From Spirochaetota bacterium (GTDB lineage Bacteria > Spirochaetota > UBA4802 > UB4802), in the NCBI GenBank assembly GCA_040756435.1, contig JBFLZD010000013.1, positions 2,249-66,248 of the forward strand: a stretch of 64,000 bases of DNA. The letters are read 5' to 3'. The notes beneath the pieces were generated by a model. The model was not told where the DNA came from. It searched no databases and saw nothing but the letters and a program-made list of their open reading frames with translations. How positions within the stretch are numbered: the first letter of the stretch is position 1; each line of letters begins with the position of its first letter. Both the position numbers and the translations under genes were made by a program. Below, in pieces: positions 18,034 through 28,259 of this stretch.

Positions 18034-20907
18034 TTACAATAATTCTAATGTTATAAACAATAGCTCATAGGGATTCATAGTTGTTTCTATGGCATTATTT
18101 TTCATTGCCACAGGTTTGATTTTTTTGCCCGAAACATCTGAACAATACGCTCTTTGTATTTTTCTTTTTGTAGTAATGGTGCATATAGCTTTTTGTTTTT
18201 TTCCCAATATCTCATACATGCCAATGACTATCTTGTTTTGCGAAATGGGCTGATTGTAGAGTATAGCTATATGTGCATTGTTTGTTTGTATAAATGGTGG
18301 TTGAACAAAATCTGATTCATCAAAACTAAACCTGTATGCAGTTGCTATCGCTTCATTGTGTGTCTGTGCAGTAAAACTTGTAAAAGTGCTTTTAAAGGCG
18401 ATAGTACCTGGCAAATCTCTCCCCAGTCCCAATTTACCCCACAATGTCCATCCAATGCAGCAGTGATAAAATCCTGCCATATCATCTTTGACAGGAACTA
18501 TCGCTTTACTATCCTGTGACACAAAAACTGCATACTGCAAACCTTCTTTATGTAAAACAAACGAGTCAAAATATACCGATGATGGCAATCCATGCATCCA
18601 CTGAAACGGATACAGCGTATCGTTTATGCTTCTAAACGGGGCTATGTTTTTTGCAGCAAGGATAAGATTGCCGCCAGTATCCACCCCTCCCCAACGCAAC
18701 ACGGTACAAGCAGAATCATACAACATTTCCCGTGAGTTTACAGGATAGGCAAAGTAATGCTCGGCAATCTGCGGTGCGCTACCTGCAAAACGCTGGATGA
18801 AATCAATACGCTTTTCACTTCCAGGGATGATAATTTCCTGAGTAACCGATAGCGATGGAGTAAAAAGCTGATAGAAAAAATATGCTATTTTTAACAGCAC
18901 CGGTGGTAACTTTACCTCAAAGGCGTTGTGTAAAAACTCTGATAGTAGCTCCATTCCCTTATAGTATGAATGCTCTGACCCTTCTATAACTATGCGATAA
19001 TCATTCCCATTGGTAAACAGGCTGGTAGTTACCTTTTTAAAGCCTGCAATTGTTTCAAAGTAATTGCGCCTGGCAGCATTTTCCCCACGAACGCCAATAA
19101 CATACTGATTGAATCCGTACGTATGATTTTTATTAACCCACTCCTTCTGTAATTGTTTATCATGTATACTGGTGATACATCCTTTGCCCGTATCAAAAGC
19201 TATTCTGTAAAATTGATTTTCTATAATGATTGGTTTTTCTGCATCATAGGATATCTTTGTCCACTGTTTGTCTTCTTTATTTGCCTGCAAAAGTTTAAAA
19301 TCTTTGATTATATTCATTGGGGTATATACCCACTGATTGCGTGTATTCATCCAGTCGTTAACATCCTGTTTTGTGTAATGGGTTTTCCCAAATGGAACAG
19401 GGCGTGGATTATGATCATTGTTGAGTATAATTGCCATATACCCTTCAAGATTTTTAGCTATGTATGTTTCTATATTATCCGTGTGATTATTTAAAACTGC
19501 ATCACTATACGTTTTCCCTAAAGAGAAGATTGCAGTATCATACCGTGAATTAATCGATAAACGCTGTGGATCTACCTGTATAAAATCCAGGTAAATCTGC
19601 TCGCCCCAAAATGGTGGCATTTCCCCTTTTAGTACTGGGATATTGTTTGCATACCTTTGCTCAATGTAATCAAAGAACTCTTGCGGGGTTGCAATGATAA
19701 TCTCCGGATTAACAAATCTGGTGTTCCATGTTTTAGCTATTTCTGAAGGGACTTTGTTTTGCGGCTGATTATCACCACCTTCTGCAGGATAATACGGCAA
19801 CAAGTACGCATCATAGGGATACTCCCAGTGTTTATGGTTATAATCATAGTAGCGCTGTATTTCTTCTGTAGGATAGCCCTTTTCAAGTTGGGCTAAATGA
19901 TATGCAATACTATTCTCCATGCTGATAAATTCTTCATCTTTGAAAGGTAAGGACAGACGCATATTCAAATCAAAATTTTCGCCATACCCATTTAAACAGG
20001 CAGTATGCCACACCATCACCTTTGCACTACCATCAGGTGACACAAGATAAAATAGTGGCGGAACCCTATATCGTGAATCGTTAGGTCCAACCAAACAATA
20101 GGGGATATTATTTGCCTGTAACACCTTTGTAATCTTTGAAAAATCCATAACATCATGAATACATGCGGTTTTTACATTTATTGAATATTGCTGTGCAATG
20201 CGCAGGGTATGATGCAATGATGCAAAAAGCGCATACGGACTCATGAATCTATTCTGGTGAGATATAACAAATGCCCCCAATTCAAAATCCTTTTTTTGTA
20301 AGGCAGCTACAAGTTTTGACTTTTCCTGTTTAGATATTGCTGAACTATTCAGAAATTCTATAACAGGCCAGCTAACCTCAGTAAAAAGCTTGAAACGCGC
20401 ACGTGCTGGATAGTGTTTGGTTTGTTCAAGCAGCAAAAGCTCTTTCTGTAAATTTGAAATATTTTGTGCACGCACATTTTTTTGCGATTGCGTAAATCCT
20501 ATATCAACATGGGTAAATGGAACACAATAGATTTTCCACATCTTTACTGGTGGAATAGTCAGCGTTTTTTTGATTATAATTGTGTTTTTGTTTTTTATGG
20601 TAACATCTAAACGGGAAGGTTGTGTAATAGTTTTTCTGTAACAATCGATAGTTGATTCTTTAACTTTGTTTGTAACATTCTTTTTTGTAACAACGCCATC
20701 AATTGATGCTATGATCTGGCCTTCAAATTCCTGATCAGCCTGTATCATTATTCTCTGGCAATATAACCCTTTATGCGTATATACTAACGGGGTTGGATAT
20801 ATGGTGACAGTAAGCGTGGTTGCTATCGCATAGCTAAAAGAAAGTAACACAAACATTGCAGTGCATACTATGTTCCCATACACGGCAAACCTCCCTACAA
20901 CTATCAT
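18034..20907 (-). CDS. glycoside hydrolase family 38-like protein (alpha-mannosidase-like), N-terminally membrane-anchored
   Basis: 957 aa. The N-terminal catalytic region YCVPFTHVDIGFT resembles the GH38 HxHxDxGW motif, and the length and architecture are consistent. The family assignment is from memory, not alignment. Confidence 0.45.
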   Translation of the reverse strand: MIVVGRFAVYGNIVCTAMFVLLSFSYAIATTLTVTIYPTPLVYTHKGLYCQRIMIQADQEFEGQIIASIDGVVTKKNVTNKVKESTIDCYRKTITQPSRLDVTIKNKNTIIIKKTLTIPPVKMWKIYCVPFTHVDIGFTQSQKNVRAQNISNLQKELLLLEQTKHYPARARFKLFTEVSWPVIEFLNSSAISKQEKSKLVAALQKKDFELGAFVISHQNRFMSPYALFASLHHTLRIAQQYSINVKTACIHDVMDFSKITKVLQANNIPYCLVGPNDSRYRVPPLFYLVSPDGSAKVMVWHTACLNGYGENFDLNMRLSLPFKDEEFISMENSIAYHLAQLEKGYPTEEIQRYYDYNHKHWEYPYDAYLLPYYPAEGGDNQPQNKVPSEIAKTWNTRFVNPEIIIATPQEFFDYIEQRYANNIPVLKGEMPPFWGEQIYLDFIQVDPQRLSINSRYDTAIFSLGKTYSDAVLNNHTDNIETYIAKNLEGYMAIILNNDHNPRPVPFGKTHYTKQDVNDWMNTRNQWVYTPMNIIKDFKLLQANKEDKQWTKISYDAEKPIIIENQFYRIAFDTGKGCITSIHDKQLQKEWVNKNHTYGFNQYVIGVRGENAARRNYFETIAGFKKVTTSLFTNGNDYRIVIEGSEHSYYKGMELLSEFLHNAFEVKLPPVLLKIAYFFYQLFTPSLSVTQEIIIPGSEKRIDFIQRFAGSAPQIAEHYFAYPVNSREMLYDSACTVLRWGGVDTGGNLILAAKNIAPFRSINDTLYPFQWMHGLPSSVYFDSFVLHKEGLQYAVFVSQDSKAIVPVKDDMAGFYHCCIGWTLWGKLGLGRDLPGTIAFKSTFTSFTAQTHNEAIATAYRFSFDESDFVQPPFIQTNNAHIAILYNQPISQNKIVIGMYEILGKKQKAICTITTKRKIQRAYCSDVSGKKIKPVAMKNNAIETTMNPYELLFITLELL

Positions 20908-21605
20908 ATAACATCTAATTTTTTATACCACTGTAAAACAACCTGTATATGTTGTTCCATAGTTTTATACGCTTTCGATTCATCCCCCTGTTTTATTGCC
21001 TTAAAGATTTTTTCATGCGATTCATACTCCCATTGCAAAAAGTCTTTGTTATGTTCAGCATTTTCGCGCCTTCCCACCAAAAATGAAAGAATAGCTTCAA
21101 GAAAGCGAACGCACACAATGTTCTGTGAGGCCTTTGCAATCTGTAAATGGAATTGACCTGCACAGTGATCCACATCTTCATTTCTTTCTATACTCTGCTT
21201 TGTCTTTAACAGCGTTTCTTCAATTGACGCAATATCCTGGGCATTTCTTCTTTTTGCTGCCAATTCTGCAATATGCGGCTCAATCAAAAGGCGCGCTTCA
21301 AAAAAATTGGCCATGCTTTCAGCATCAATGAGTGGAACAAAAATATGAGGCCCAATGATATCTTCTTTGGCGATAGTTCTTACAAATGTTCCTTCACCTG
21401 GTTTTACCTCTAAAATCCCCATTAGGGCTAACGATTGTATGGCCTCGCGTAAGGTTGACCGCCCCACGCCTAATTTCTGCATCAATTCACGTTCAGGTGG
21501 CAATTTGCTTCCTGGCGGTATAGTGGCATTTTTAATATTAGCCAGAAGTACATCGACTATTGAGCGAGTAAGTTTATTGCGTTTAATAGGTTGTATAGTA
21601 TCCAT
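20904..21605 (-). CDS. GntR-family transcriptional regulator (FadR/FCD subfamily)
   Basis: Winged-HTH LPPERELMQKLGVGRSTLREAIQSLALMGILEV plus a C-terminal FCD-like helical domain. The start was trimmed to the internal ATG (MDTIQPIK) to avoid a 38-nt overlap with uxuA. Confidence 0.8.
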   Translation of the reverse strand: MDTIQPIKRNKLTRSIVDVLLANIKNATIPPGSKLPPERELMQKLGVGRSTLREAIQSLALMGILEVKPGEGTFVRTIAKEDIIGPHIFVPLIDAESMANFFEARLLIEPHIAELAAKRRNAQDIASIEETLLKTKQSIERNEDVDHCAGQFHLQIAKASQNIVCVRFLEAILSFLVGRRENAEHNKDFLQWEYESHEKIFKAIKQGDESKAYKTMEQHIQVVLQWYKKLDVI

Positions 21606-21612
21606 ATGCAAA

Positions 21613-22611
21613 TCACCGTGTATTTTTTTCACTTTTTTCAACTGCTTCAAGTAACCCTTTCATATATCCTAATGCAAAAAGCCTGCCTATTGATGAATAG
21701 GCCGGATTATCATTACTATCGCCCTCCATTGTAGGTACATGATCAGGACGCATGGCTCCATCAAATCCAACTTCATAGTACGCCTTCATGCATTCATACA
21801 TATCAATCATGCCATCATCATGGAAAGTTTCAGTAAACTTATAGGGTGTTCCCCGTACATTTCTAAAGTGCACAAAAAATATTTTTCGCTGTTTCCCAAA
21901 TCTTCTGATTATTGCTGGAAGATCATCCGTCATTAGAGCAAAATTTCCCTGACATAGCGCAATCCCATTAACCGGGCTTGGATAAATATCCAATAGCTTC
22001 TGGAAATTTTCACAAGAGCGCATAATGCGTGACACACCGCGTATGGGTGATAGAGGGGGATCGTCAGGGTGCAGGGCTAATTTTACTCCAGCTTTTTCAG
22101 CCTCAGGCACTACTGCTTTCAAAAAATACTCCAAATTTTTCCATAATGTTTCTTCGGTAACTATTCCATACTCAGTTGGTGGAGCTTTTTCCATAAATGA
22201 GTGATCATATGAGGTTGCCAGTGCTCCACCACGCACCGGTGTGGTTGTTGATGTTCTGGTCCATCCAAATACAGGCATCCACTCATAACACCAAACAGTA
22301 ATACCAAGTTTGCCCATATTCTGTATAAGCATAATTACATTTTCAATTTCTTCATCCCTTCCCGGTAATCCCAATTTTATTTTTTCCATTGGTGGACGGG
22401 ATTCAATGACTTCCAGTTTAAATCCAGCATCTTCATACGTAGTTTTGATATGCACTAAAGAATTATAACTCCATGGCCAAAAATCTTTAGGCATGCTTTC
22501 CCATCCTGCATACAATTGCATACCACCTACAACATACGTAACACCACACTGTTGTACCATCTTCCATAGCGAAGAAGGACGAGGTGGTAGAAGTTCAGCA
22601 ATTTTAATCAT
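21613..22611 (-). CDS. uxuA: mannonate dehydratase
   Basis: CYEWMPVFGWTRT, LHPDDPP, RPDHVP and GYSSIGRL parallel E. coli UxuA (CYNFMPVLDWTRT, HPDDPP, RPDHG, GYSAIGRL). Confidence 0.8.
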   Translation of the reverse strand: MIKIAELLPPRPSSLWKMVQQCGVTYVVGGMQLYAGWESMPKDFWPWSYNSLVHIKTTYEDAGFKLEVIESRPPMEKIKLGLPGRDEEIENVIMLIQNMGKLGITVWCYEWMPVFGWTRTSTTTPVRGGALATSYDHSFMEKAPPTEYGIVTEETLWKNLEYFLKAVVPEAEKAGVKLALHPDDPPLSPIRGVSRIMRSCENFQKLLDIYPSPVNGIALCQGNFALMTDDLPAIIRRFGKQRKIFFVHFRNVRGTPYKFTETFHDDGMIDMYECMKAYYEVGFDGAMRPDHVPTMEGDSNDNPAYSSIGRLFALGYMKGLLEAVEKSEKNTR

Positions 22612-23229
22612 ATACTAATAACACCTATACCATTTATATCATCATACTAACTAATAAATCTGATAATATGATGGTCTGATGTTATGATATTAGGCTTAAT
22701 TTGTCAACAATTTTTTTAAAAAGATCAATTATGCATTTCTTATTTTTTTATATGCATGATTATTTCATAATATATAATTGGTGTGATAGGTGAAGCGTGA
22801 ACGGAACATCATTTTCTTGTATCTTTCTAACTATCTCACCACCTTGAAAAAATATGTCAGTGAAAAAATGATATAAAAATTAACCGCCTTTGTTCTTTTA
22901 AGTGATTTAACAAGTAGCGATTTTTGCCTTTTTTATAGAAAAAAGTGATTTTAACTCGTACTGCATATTAATCCTGATATTAATCCTGGAATGAATACCT
23001 TCTGGACATACGTGATAGTGAAGTAGTGAACGCACTTCCTCATGGTTTTCGGCATATAGAAGATTTTCAAAAAGTTAGCGCATATACTGGTAGGGTTCAT
23101 GAACGTAAACTTTTGACGTCTCCATAATGCGTACAACACACTACTGGTATGTGCACCATCGTGTTAATTAATCTTTCCTTTCAGAAGGGCTAATCTTTTG
23201 GAGATAGTACACTGTGAGATGGCATATTC

Positions 23230-23488
23230 GACATAGGATTGCTTTGCTCGTAATGACTTTTTGGCTAATCCCGTCATTGCGAGGAACGCAGGCGACGAAG
23301 AAATCTGGCTTTTCGTAGCACCGGGATTGCTTCACTTCGACAAGTGGTTGCTGAGCTCGTCGAAGCACTCAGGACAGGCACTTCGTTCGCAATGACATTA
23401 TGGCAACAATGGACCGCCACGGGGCTTACGCCCCTCGCGGTGACGACGTCATACGTCATTGCGAGGCACGCAGTGCCGTGGCAATCTC
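23230..23488. repeat. palindromic repeat cluster A (REP-like family 1): degenerate copy, a 124-bp unit (23273-23396), a GC palindrome (23411-23445) and a 34-bp short unit (23455-23488)
   Basis: Units begin GTCATTGCGAGG...GAAGCAATC and end GATTGCTTC...CTCGCAATGAC, so the termini are inverted repeats, with an internal second inverted repeat. The same family occurs at four other loci in the window. Confidence 0.85.
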
Positions 23489-23523
23489 ATCACCCTTCAC
23501 CCATCACTCATCACCTATCACCC
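23489..23523. repeat. tandem heptamer repeat (ATCACCC/TTCACCC/ATCACTC/ATCACCT/ATCACCC; minus strand reads GGGTGAT x5)
   Basis: Five phased 7-mers immediately 3' of the AAA-ATPase_like gene stop and abutting repeat cluster A. Confidence 0.6.
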
Positions 23524-25062
23524 TTCCCGCTTCCACTCAAATCCAACCAAATCCTTCTGCTCTTTGCTAAACTCTATCCCAATAAGATATATATCTTCAA
23601 ATTTTCCCCTGTATTTTTCTGCATACTTCTTCTCTTCAAGCTGTGCCAATGCTTTACCTTCTGGCTCCAGTTCCACTACCTTAAATTCCAAAATATAACA
23701 TCTTCCCTCATACAGTATCGTTAAATCTATCCTCCCCTTGCTGGTGTAATCTTCGGCCACCATCTCAAAACCTGCACCTGACAAAAAACTATACACCACA
23801 CTTGCATAATACCCTTCATACCCTGCTATCTCATTGCTTCTGTACCACTCATACGGTATGCTTGCAAAAAGCGACTTCAAAACTACTTTAAAAGTTTCAA
23901 CGTTATCTTCTTTTAAACCTTTAATAAGACTTGCTACAAACCTTGTTGCCTCAAACCCCTTCTGCGTTAGATAACTTATACTATAATTATTTAAAGCTAT
24001 CTTCACTTCCTTATTGGGATATGTTAAATAATACAGATATCCGTTAGGAATAGGCTCATATCCTTTAATAGTAAGATACCCCGTCTGGAAAAGCAGATTC
24101 TCTGGCTCTATGGCATCAACATCAAAGCTACCAATAAGATTTTCTGATGCCACCAGTTCTGCTAAGTTTGGCATGTAAAATCTTTTCTGTACCAAAAGCT
24201 TAATTAAAAAATTTGGTGTACCTGTCTCAAACCAATAGGGATGAAATTTTCTTTTTTGTAAATATAACAATATATCAAACGGATTGTAAACACTCTCACC
24301 AAGCCATGCATAGCCATTATACCAGCACTTAATTGCTTCCAAATCTTCGCCCTTTAATTCTTCTACAAATACATTTTCTAACTCCTCTTGTGTGTATCCA
24401 CATAGGGTTGAGTACCTTTCATCAATCGTTATATCATTGAGCTGATTTAACCCTGAAAACAATGAAACCTTTGAAAATTTAGATACTCCCGTTAAAAATA
24501 CAAATTTCAAATACACATCCAGGGGTTTTAGCACGCTATAAAAGTTCTTTAAAACTTCTCGTATACTTGTAGCTTCTTCTTTGTCTTCAATCCTATCTAA
24601 TATTGGTTTATCATACTCGTCTATAAGAACTACTACTTTTTCTTTGTATTTCTCATAGCTTTTCCTTATCATCTCTTCAAAACAAAAATCATATTGGGTC
24701 TTTTTGCTACACACCACATCAAGTTCAGATTGAGCTTGTTCAAGCTTTTCTATTATGTGTTTCTTTAAATGATCTGCGTTCTCAATACTTCTTCCACCAA
24801 AATCTATATATATAACCGGATATTTAACATCCCAGTCCCAATTCTTCTCTAAGTATAGCCCTTTGAATAAATCCCTTTTTCCTAAAAACGCCTGCCGTAA
24901 TGTATCCAGAAACAAGGATTTCCCAAAACGCCTGGGGCGTGATAAAAAGTAATATGTTCCTTCACTGGCAAGCTGTGCCACAAAAGGAGTTTTATCTACA
25001 TAATAATATTCACCGGTTCTTATCTTTTCAAAACTTTGTATTCCTATGGGTAATTTTTTCAC
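23518..25062 (-). CDS. AAA-ATPase_like domain protein with a C-terminal PD-(D/E)xK nuclease-like domain (PDDEXK_9-type)
   Basis: The N-terminus MKKLPIGIQSFEKIRTGEYYYVDKTPFVAQL...FLSRPRRFGKSLFLDTL is the signature start of the AAA-ATPase_like family. Total length 514 aa. Confidence 0.75.
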   Translation of the reverse strand: MKKLPIGIQSFEKIRTGEYYYVDKTPFVAQLASEGTYYFLSRPRRFGKSLFLDTLRQAFLGKRDLFKGLYLEKNWDWDVKYPVIYIDFGGRSIENADHLKKHIIEKLEQAQSELDVVCSKKTQYDFCFEEMIRKSYEKYKEKVVVLIDEYDKPILDRIEDKEEATSIREVLKNFYSVLKPLDVYLKFVFLTGVSKFSKVSLFSGLNQLNDITIDERYSTLCGYTQEELENVFVEELKGEDLEAIKCWYNGYAWLGESVYNPFDILLYLQKRKFHPYWFETGTPNFLIKLLVQKRFYMPNLAELVASENLIGSFDVDAIEPENLLFQTGYLTIKGYEPIPNGYLYYLTYPNKEVKIALNNYSISYLTQKGFEATRFVASLIKGLKEDNVETFKVVLKSLFASIPYEWYRSNEIAGYEGYYASVVYSFLSGAGFEMVAEDYTSKGRIDLTILYEGRCYILEFKVVELEPEGKALAQLEEKKYAEKYRGKFEDIYLIGIEFSKEQKDLVGFEWKREG

Positions 25063-25149
25063 AGGTACTCCTTTTATTTATTAAATCACTGTAACGAATA
25101 ATATATTTTTAAGTCATAGATTTTACAATTAATTTTTTCATTCATTGAT

Positions 25150-25655
25150 TTATAGTAATGCAACCCCGTCATTGCGAGGAGCGCCAGCGACGAAGCAATC
25201 TCGCCTTTCATCATACTGAGATTGCTTCGCTTCGCTCGCAATGACACTACAGCTACACCGTCATTGCGAAGCACGCAATGCCGAAGCAATCTCTCCTTTC
25301 GTGGCACCGGGATTGCTCCACTTCGACAAGTGGTTGCTGAGCTCGTCGAAGCATTCAGTGCAAGCACTTCGTTCGCAATGACATAACGCACTAGCGTCAT
25401 AGCGAGGAACGAAGTGCCGAAGCAATCTGGCCGTTTATTACCTAAAGATTGCGTTGCTCCACTCGTAAAGACACTATGGGAACAAGAGACCGCCACGGGG
25501 CTTTCGCCCCTCGCGGTGACAGCAAATCCGTCATTGCGAGGAGCGATAGCGACGAAGCAATCTCTCCTTTCGTGGCACCGGGATTGCTTCGCTTCGACAA
25601 GTGGTTGCTGAGCTCGTCGAAGCACTCAGTACAAGCGCTATGCTCGCAATCACAT
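25150..25655. repeat. palindromic repeat cluster B (family 1): 78-bp unit (25178-25255), 123-bp unit (25270-25392), composite short unit plus GC palindrome (25406-25530), 114-bp unit (25540-25653)
   Basis: Same termini as cluster A. The ORFs called across it (25086..25625 and others) translate the repeat and are judged spurious. Confidence 0.85.
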
Positions 25656-25917
25656 TATAGCATTCACAAAATTGCTTTGTACCACTCAATTATCCTCTCT
25701 CCTTAAAAAGAAATGTCAACGAAAAATATGGTAAAAATTGAGTACCTGGCTGATTCAAGAATACAGTACAGCACAAAATAAAAAAAATATTTTTCTTTGA
25801 CACTTTCTTTTGTTGCAGCTTAGACTAAAGAACGCTTTAGATACAATAATTAATTTAATTGACGCTTATATGTATCATACTTAGAATAATACATTGAAAA
25901 TTACCAAAAGACAATGA

Positions 25918-28077
25918 TTGCTAACAACTATGCAAACCGTAAAACACCATCATTTTGTTACATTACCCGGAGCACCACTGCCGTTAGGAGTACACTTAGA
26001 CAGGCATGGGGCACGGTTTGCACTTTTCAGCCGCCATGCTACTGCTGTTTCCATACTCCTTTTTGCTTCATCCGAAACTGAGGAATATATTGAAATTGAA
26101 CTTGATCCAAAGCTCAATAAAACCGGCGATATATGGCACATCTGGATTGCAGGAATACGGGAAGGACAGCTATATGGATATAAGGTTGATGGGCCTTACA
26201 ATCCACTGGAAGGCCACCGCTTTAACAAAAACAAGCTCATATTAGACCCTTACGCAAAAGCTATAAGTGGTAACCATATATGGGATTTCAGTAAAGCATG
26301 TGGATATAGTAAGGGACACCCTGATGAAGACCTTTCTTTTTCCACAGACAAGAACTATAAGGAGTCGCCAAAATGCATTGTGGTTGATACAGAATTTGAC
26401 TGGTATGATCGCCCCATTCAGACTCCCATGGAAGATACTATTATTTATGAGCTGCATGTGAAAGGGTTCACCTTCCATCCTTCGTCCCGGGTTACCCATA
26501 GAGGAACATATAAAGGGCTTTCTGAAAAAATCCCCTACCTAAAGCAATTAGGTATAACTGCTGTAGAGCTTATGCCCATTCAGGAATTTGATGAATTTGA
26601 AAATATTAATATTAACCCATTGACCGGTGAGCGGCTAAAAAACTACTGGGGTTACAGCACTATAGCCTTTTTTGCACCCAAATCAACTTATTCTGCAAGT
26701 GGCACCATGGGGCAGCAGATTAATGAATTTAAAGAAATGATCCGTGATTTTCACGAAGCGGGTATTGAAGTGTTTCTTGATGTTGTTTTTAATCATACTG
26801 CCGAAGGTGACCATTTGGGACCAACAATAAATTTTAAAGGCCTGGACAACTCCATTTATTATATGCTGAAAGAAAATAAGCGTTTTTACCAGAACTTTTC
26901 AGGATGCGGTAATACGGTTAACTGTAACCATCCGCTGGTGCGTGACTTCATACTTGATTGCCTGCGCTACTGGGTTGTGGACATGCATGTTGATGGATTC
27001 AGGTTTGACCTGGCATCAATATTAGGGCGCGATCAGGATGGCAATATCTTGCAAAACCCACCGTTGATAGAAAAAATATCTGAAGATCCCATACTGCGTA
27101 ATACAAAGATAATTGCAGAAGCCTGGGATGCAGGCGGAGCATACTTGATTGGCCATTTTCCGGGAAGATGGGCCGAATGGAATGGAAAATTCCGTGATGA
27201 TGTGCGCCGCTTTTGGCGGGGTGATAATGATACTGTTTTCAACTTTATGCAGCGCATTATTGGCAGTCCCGATATCTACCAGCGCACAAACAGAAGCCCA
27301 TTGCATAGTATCAACTTTATCACCTGCCATGACGGATTCACCATGCTTGATTTAGTTTCGTTTAACGAAAAACATAACATAGCCAATGGTGAAAACAATC
27401 AGGATGGCGAAAATAATAACTTAAGTTGCAATTATGGTGTTGAAGGGTTAGATGCCCCACCGGACATTATAAAAATTCGCAGGCAACAGATAAAGAATTT
27501 CTTTACCACGCTGCTGCTATCACAGGGTGTGCCCATGATACTTGCTGGCGATGAGATGGGCCGAACACAACAGGGCAACAACAACGCATACTGCCAGGAC
27601 AATGAGATTTCCTGGGTTAATTGGGACAGATTACAGCAATTTGATGATATCAGACGGTTTGTAGAGCATTTGATTCAATTTCGTAAAATGCATCCGGTAC
27701 TCAGGCAAAAGCGCTTTTTATCAGGTACTATCGAACAAGGGTTTACACATCCTGATTGCGTGTGGCACGGCGTTAACTGCCATAATCCTGACGTAAGTTA
27801 CTACAGTCATTCCATTGCCTTGCATCTTAATGGGGCGTATGCAAATCTTTCATCAGGTCTACCTGACAATGACATATATATCATATACAATGCATCTGAA
27901 TATGATCTTTTGTTTTCATTGCCAAAACCATTTAACGGCAGCCACTGGGTACGCGTGGTTGACACCTCATTGCAATCACCGGATGACATTACGGTACAGG
28001 GTGCACCTCTTCCATCTCAGGAAACAATTTTTAGCAAAAAAAGGTCGGCTATTGTTTTGATTTCGGCCATGTCATGA
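25918..28077 (+). CDS. glgX: glycogen debranching enzyme GlgX (GH13 isoamylase-type)
   Basis: N-terminal CBM48-like LPLGVHLDRHGARFALFSRHATAV and GH13 catalytic regions (GFRFDLASIL, EAWDAGG). The start may be the TTG at 25918 or the ATG at 25930. Confidence 0.8.
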   Translation: MLTTMQTVKHHHFVTLPGAPLPLGVHLDRHGARFALFSRHATAVSILLFASSETEEYIEIELDPKLNKTGDIWHIWIAGIREGQLYGYKVDGPYNPLEGHRFNKNKLILDPYAKAISGNHIWDFSKACGYSKGHPDEDLSFSTDKNYKESPKCIVVDTEFDWYDRPIQTPMEDTIIYELHVKGFTFHPSSRVTHRGTYKGLSEKIPYLKQLGITAVELMPIQEFDEFENININPLTGERLKNYWGYSTIAFFAPKSTYSASGTMGQQINEFKEMIRDFHEAGIEVFLDVVFNHTAEGDHLGPTINFKGLDNSIYYMLKENKRFYQNFSGCGNTVNCNHPLVRDFILDCLRYWVVDMHVDGFRFDLASILGRDQDGNILQNPPLIEKISEDPILRNTKIIAEAWDAGGAYLIGHFPGRWAEWNGKFRDDVRRFWRGDNDTVFNFMQRIIGSPDIYQRTNRSPLHSINFITCHDGFTMLDLVSFNEKHNIANGENNQDGENNNLSCNYGVEGLDAPPDIIKIRRQQIKNFFTTLLLSQGVPMILAGDEMGRTQQGNNNAYCQDNEISWVNWDRLQQFDDIRRFVEHLIQFRKMHPVLRQKRFLSGTIEQGFTHPDCVWHGVNCHNPDVSYYSHSIALHLNGAYANLSSGLPDNDIYIIYNASEYDLLFSLPKPFNGSHWVRVVDTSLQSPDDITVQGAPLPSQETIFSKKRSAIVLISAMS

Positions 28078-28259
28078 CGATAGTATAGTAAAGAGTGTTT
28101 ACCGGTAACTATCGCATATACTATTTTTTAAATATTATTGCATTGCAGGCATTTATTGTGTATTTTAATATAAAGGGGCGATAGTAACCGGAAATATGAC
28201 TTTTGGTAGAGAAGACAGGATAAAAATAGTGCCATATGCAGGATAACAGTGTATAACGC

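Noticed and set aside
22612-23230. Long AT-rich gap upstream of uxuA with a 12-bp tandem direct repeat (ATATTAATCCTG x2 at about 22971-22994) and the ORF 22951..23139
   Set aside because: No coding signal or ribosome-binding site supports the ORF. The direct repeat may be a regulator site, but a single duplicated 12-mer in AT-rich DNA is weak evidence. It is noted and not promoted to a finding.
23230-25655. Repeat clusters A and B (and clusters C, D, E) considered as CRISPR arrays
   Set aside because: The units are themselves long imperfect palindromes of variable length (34-125 bp) and occur in both orientations. The material between them is short and is partly another repeated element. There are no constant-length unique spacers and no cas genes nearby. 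They fit REP/MITE-like repeats.
23168-25706. ORF-track proteins 23168..23368, 23274..23459, 23344..23724, 25086..25625, 25414..25611, 25449..25706
   Set aside because: Their sequences (MLRRAQQPLVE..., ...SLRG..., ...VIARHAVPW...) are translations of the palindromic repeat units in different frames and orientations. The same pseudo-peptides recur at every cluster.
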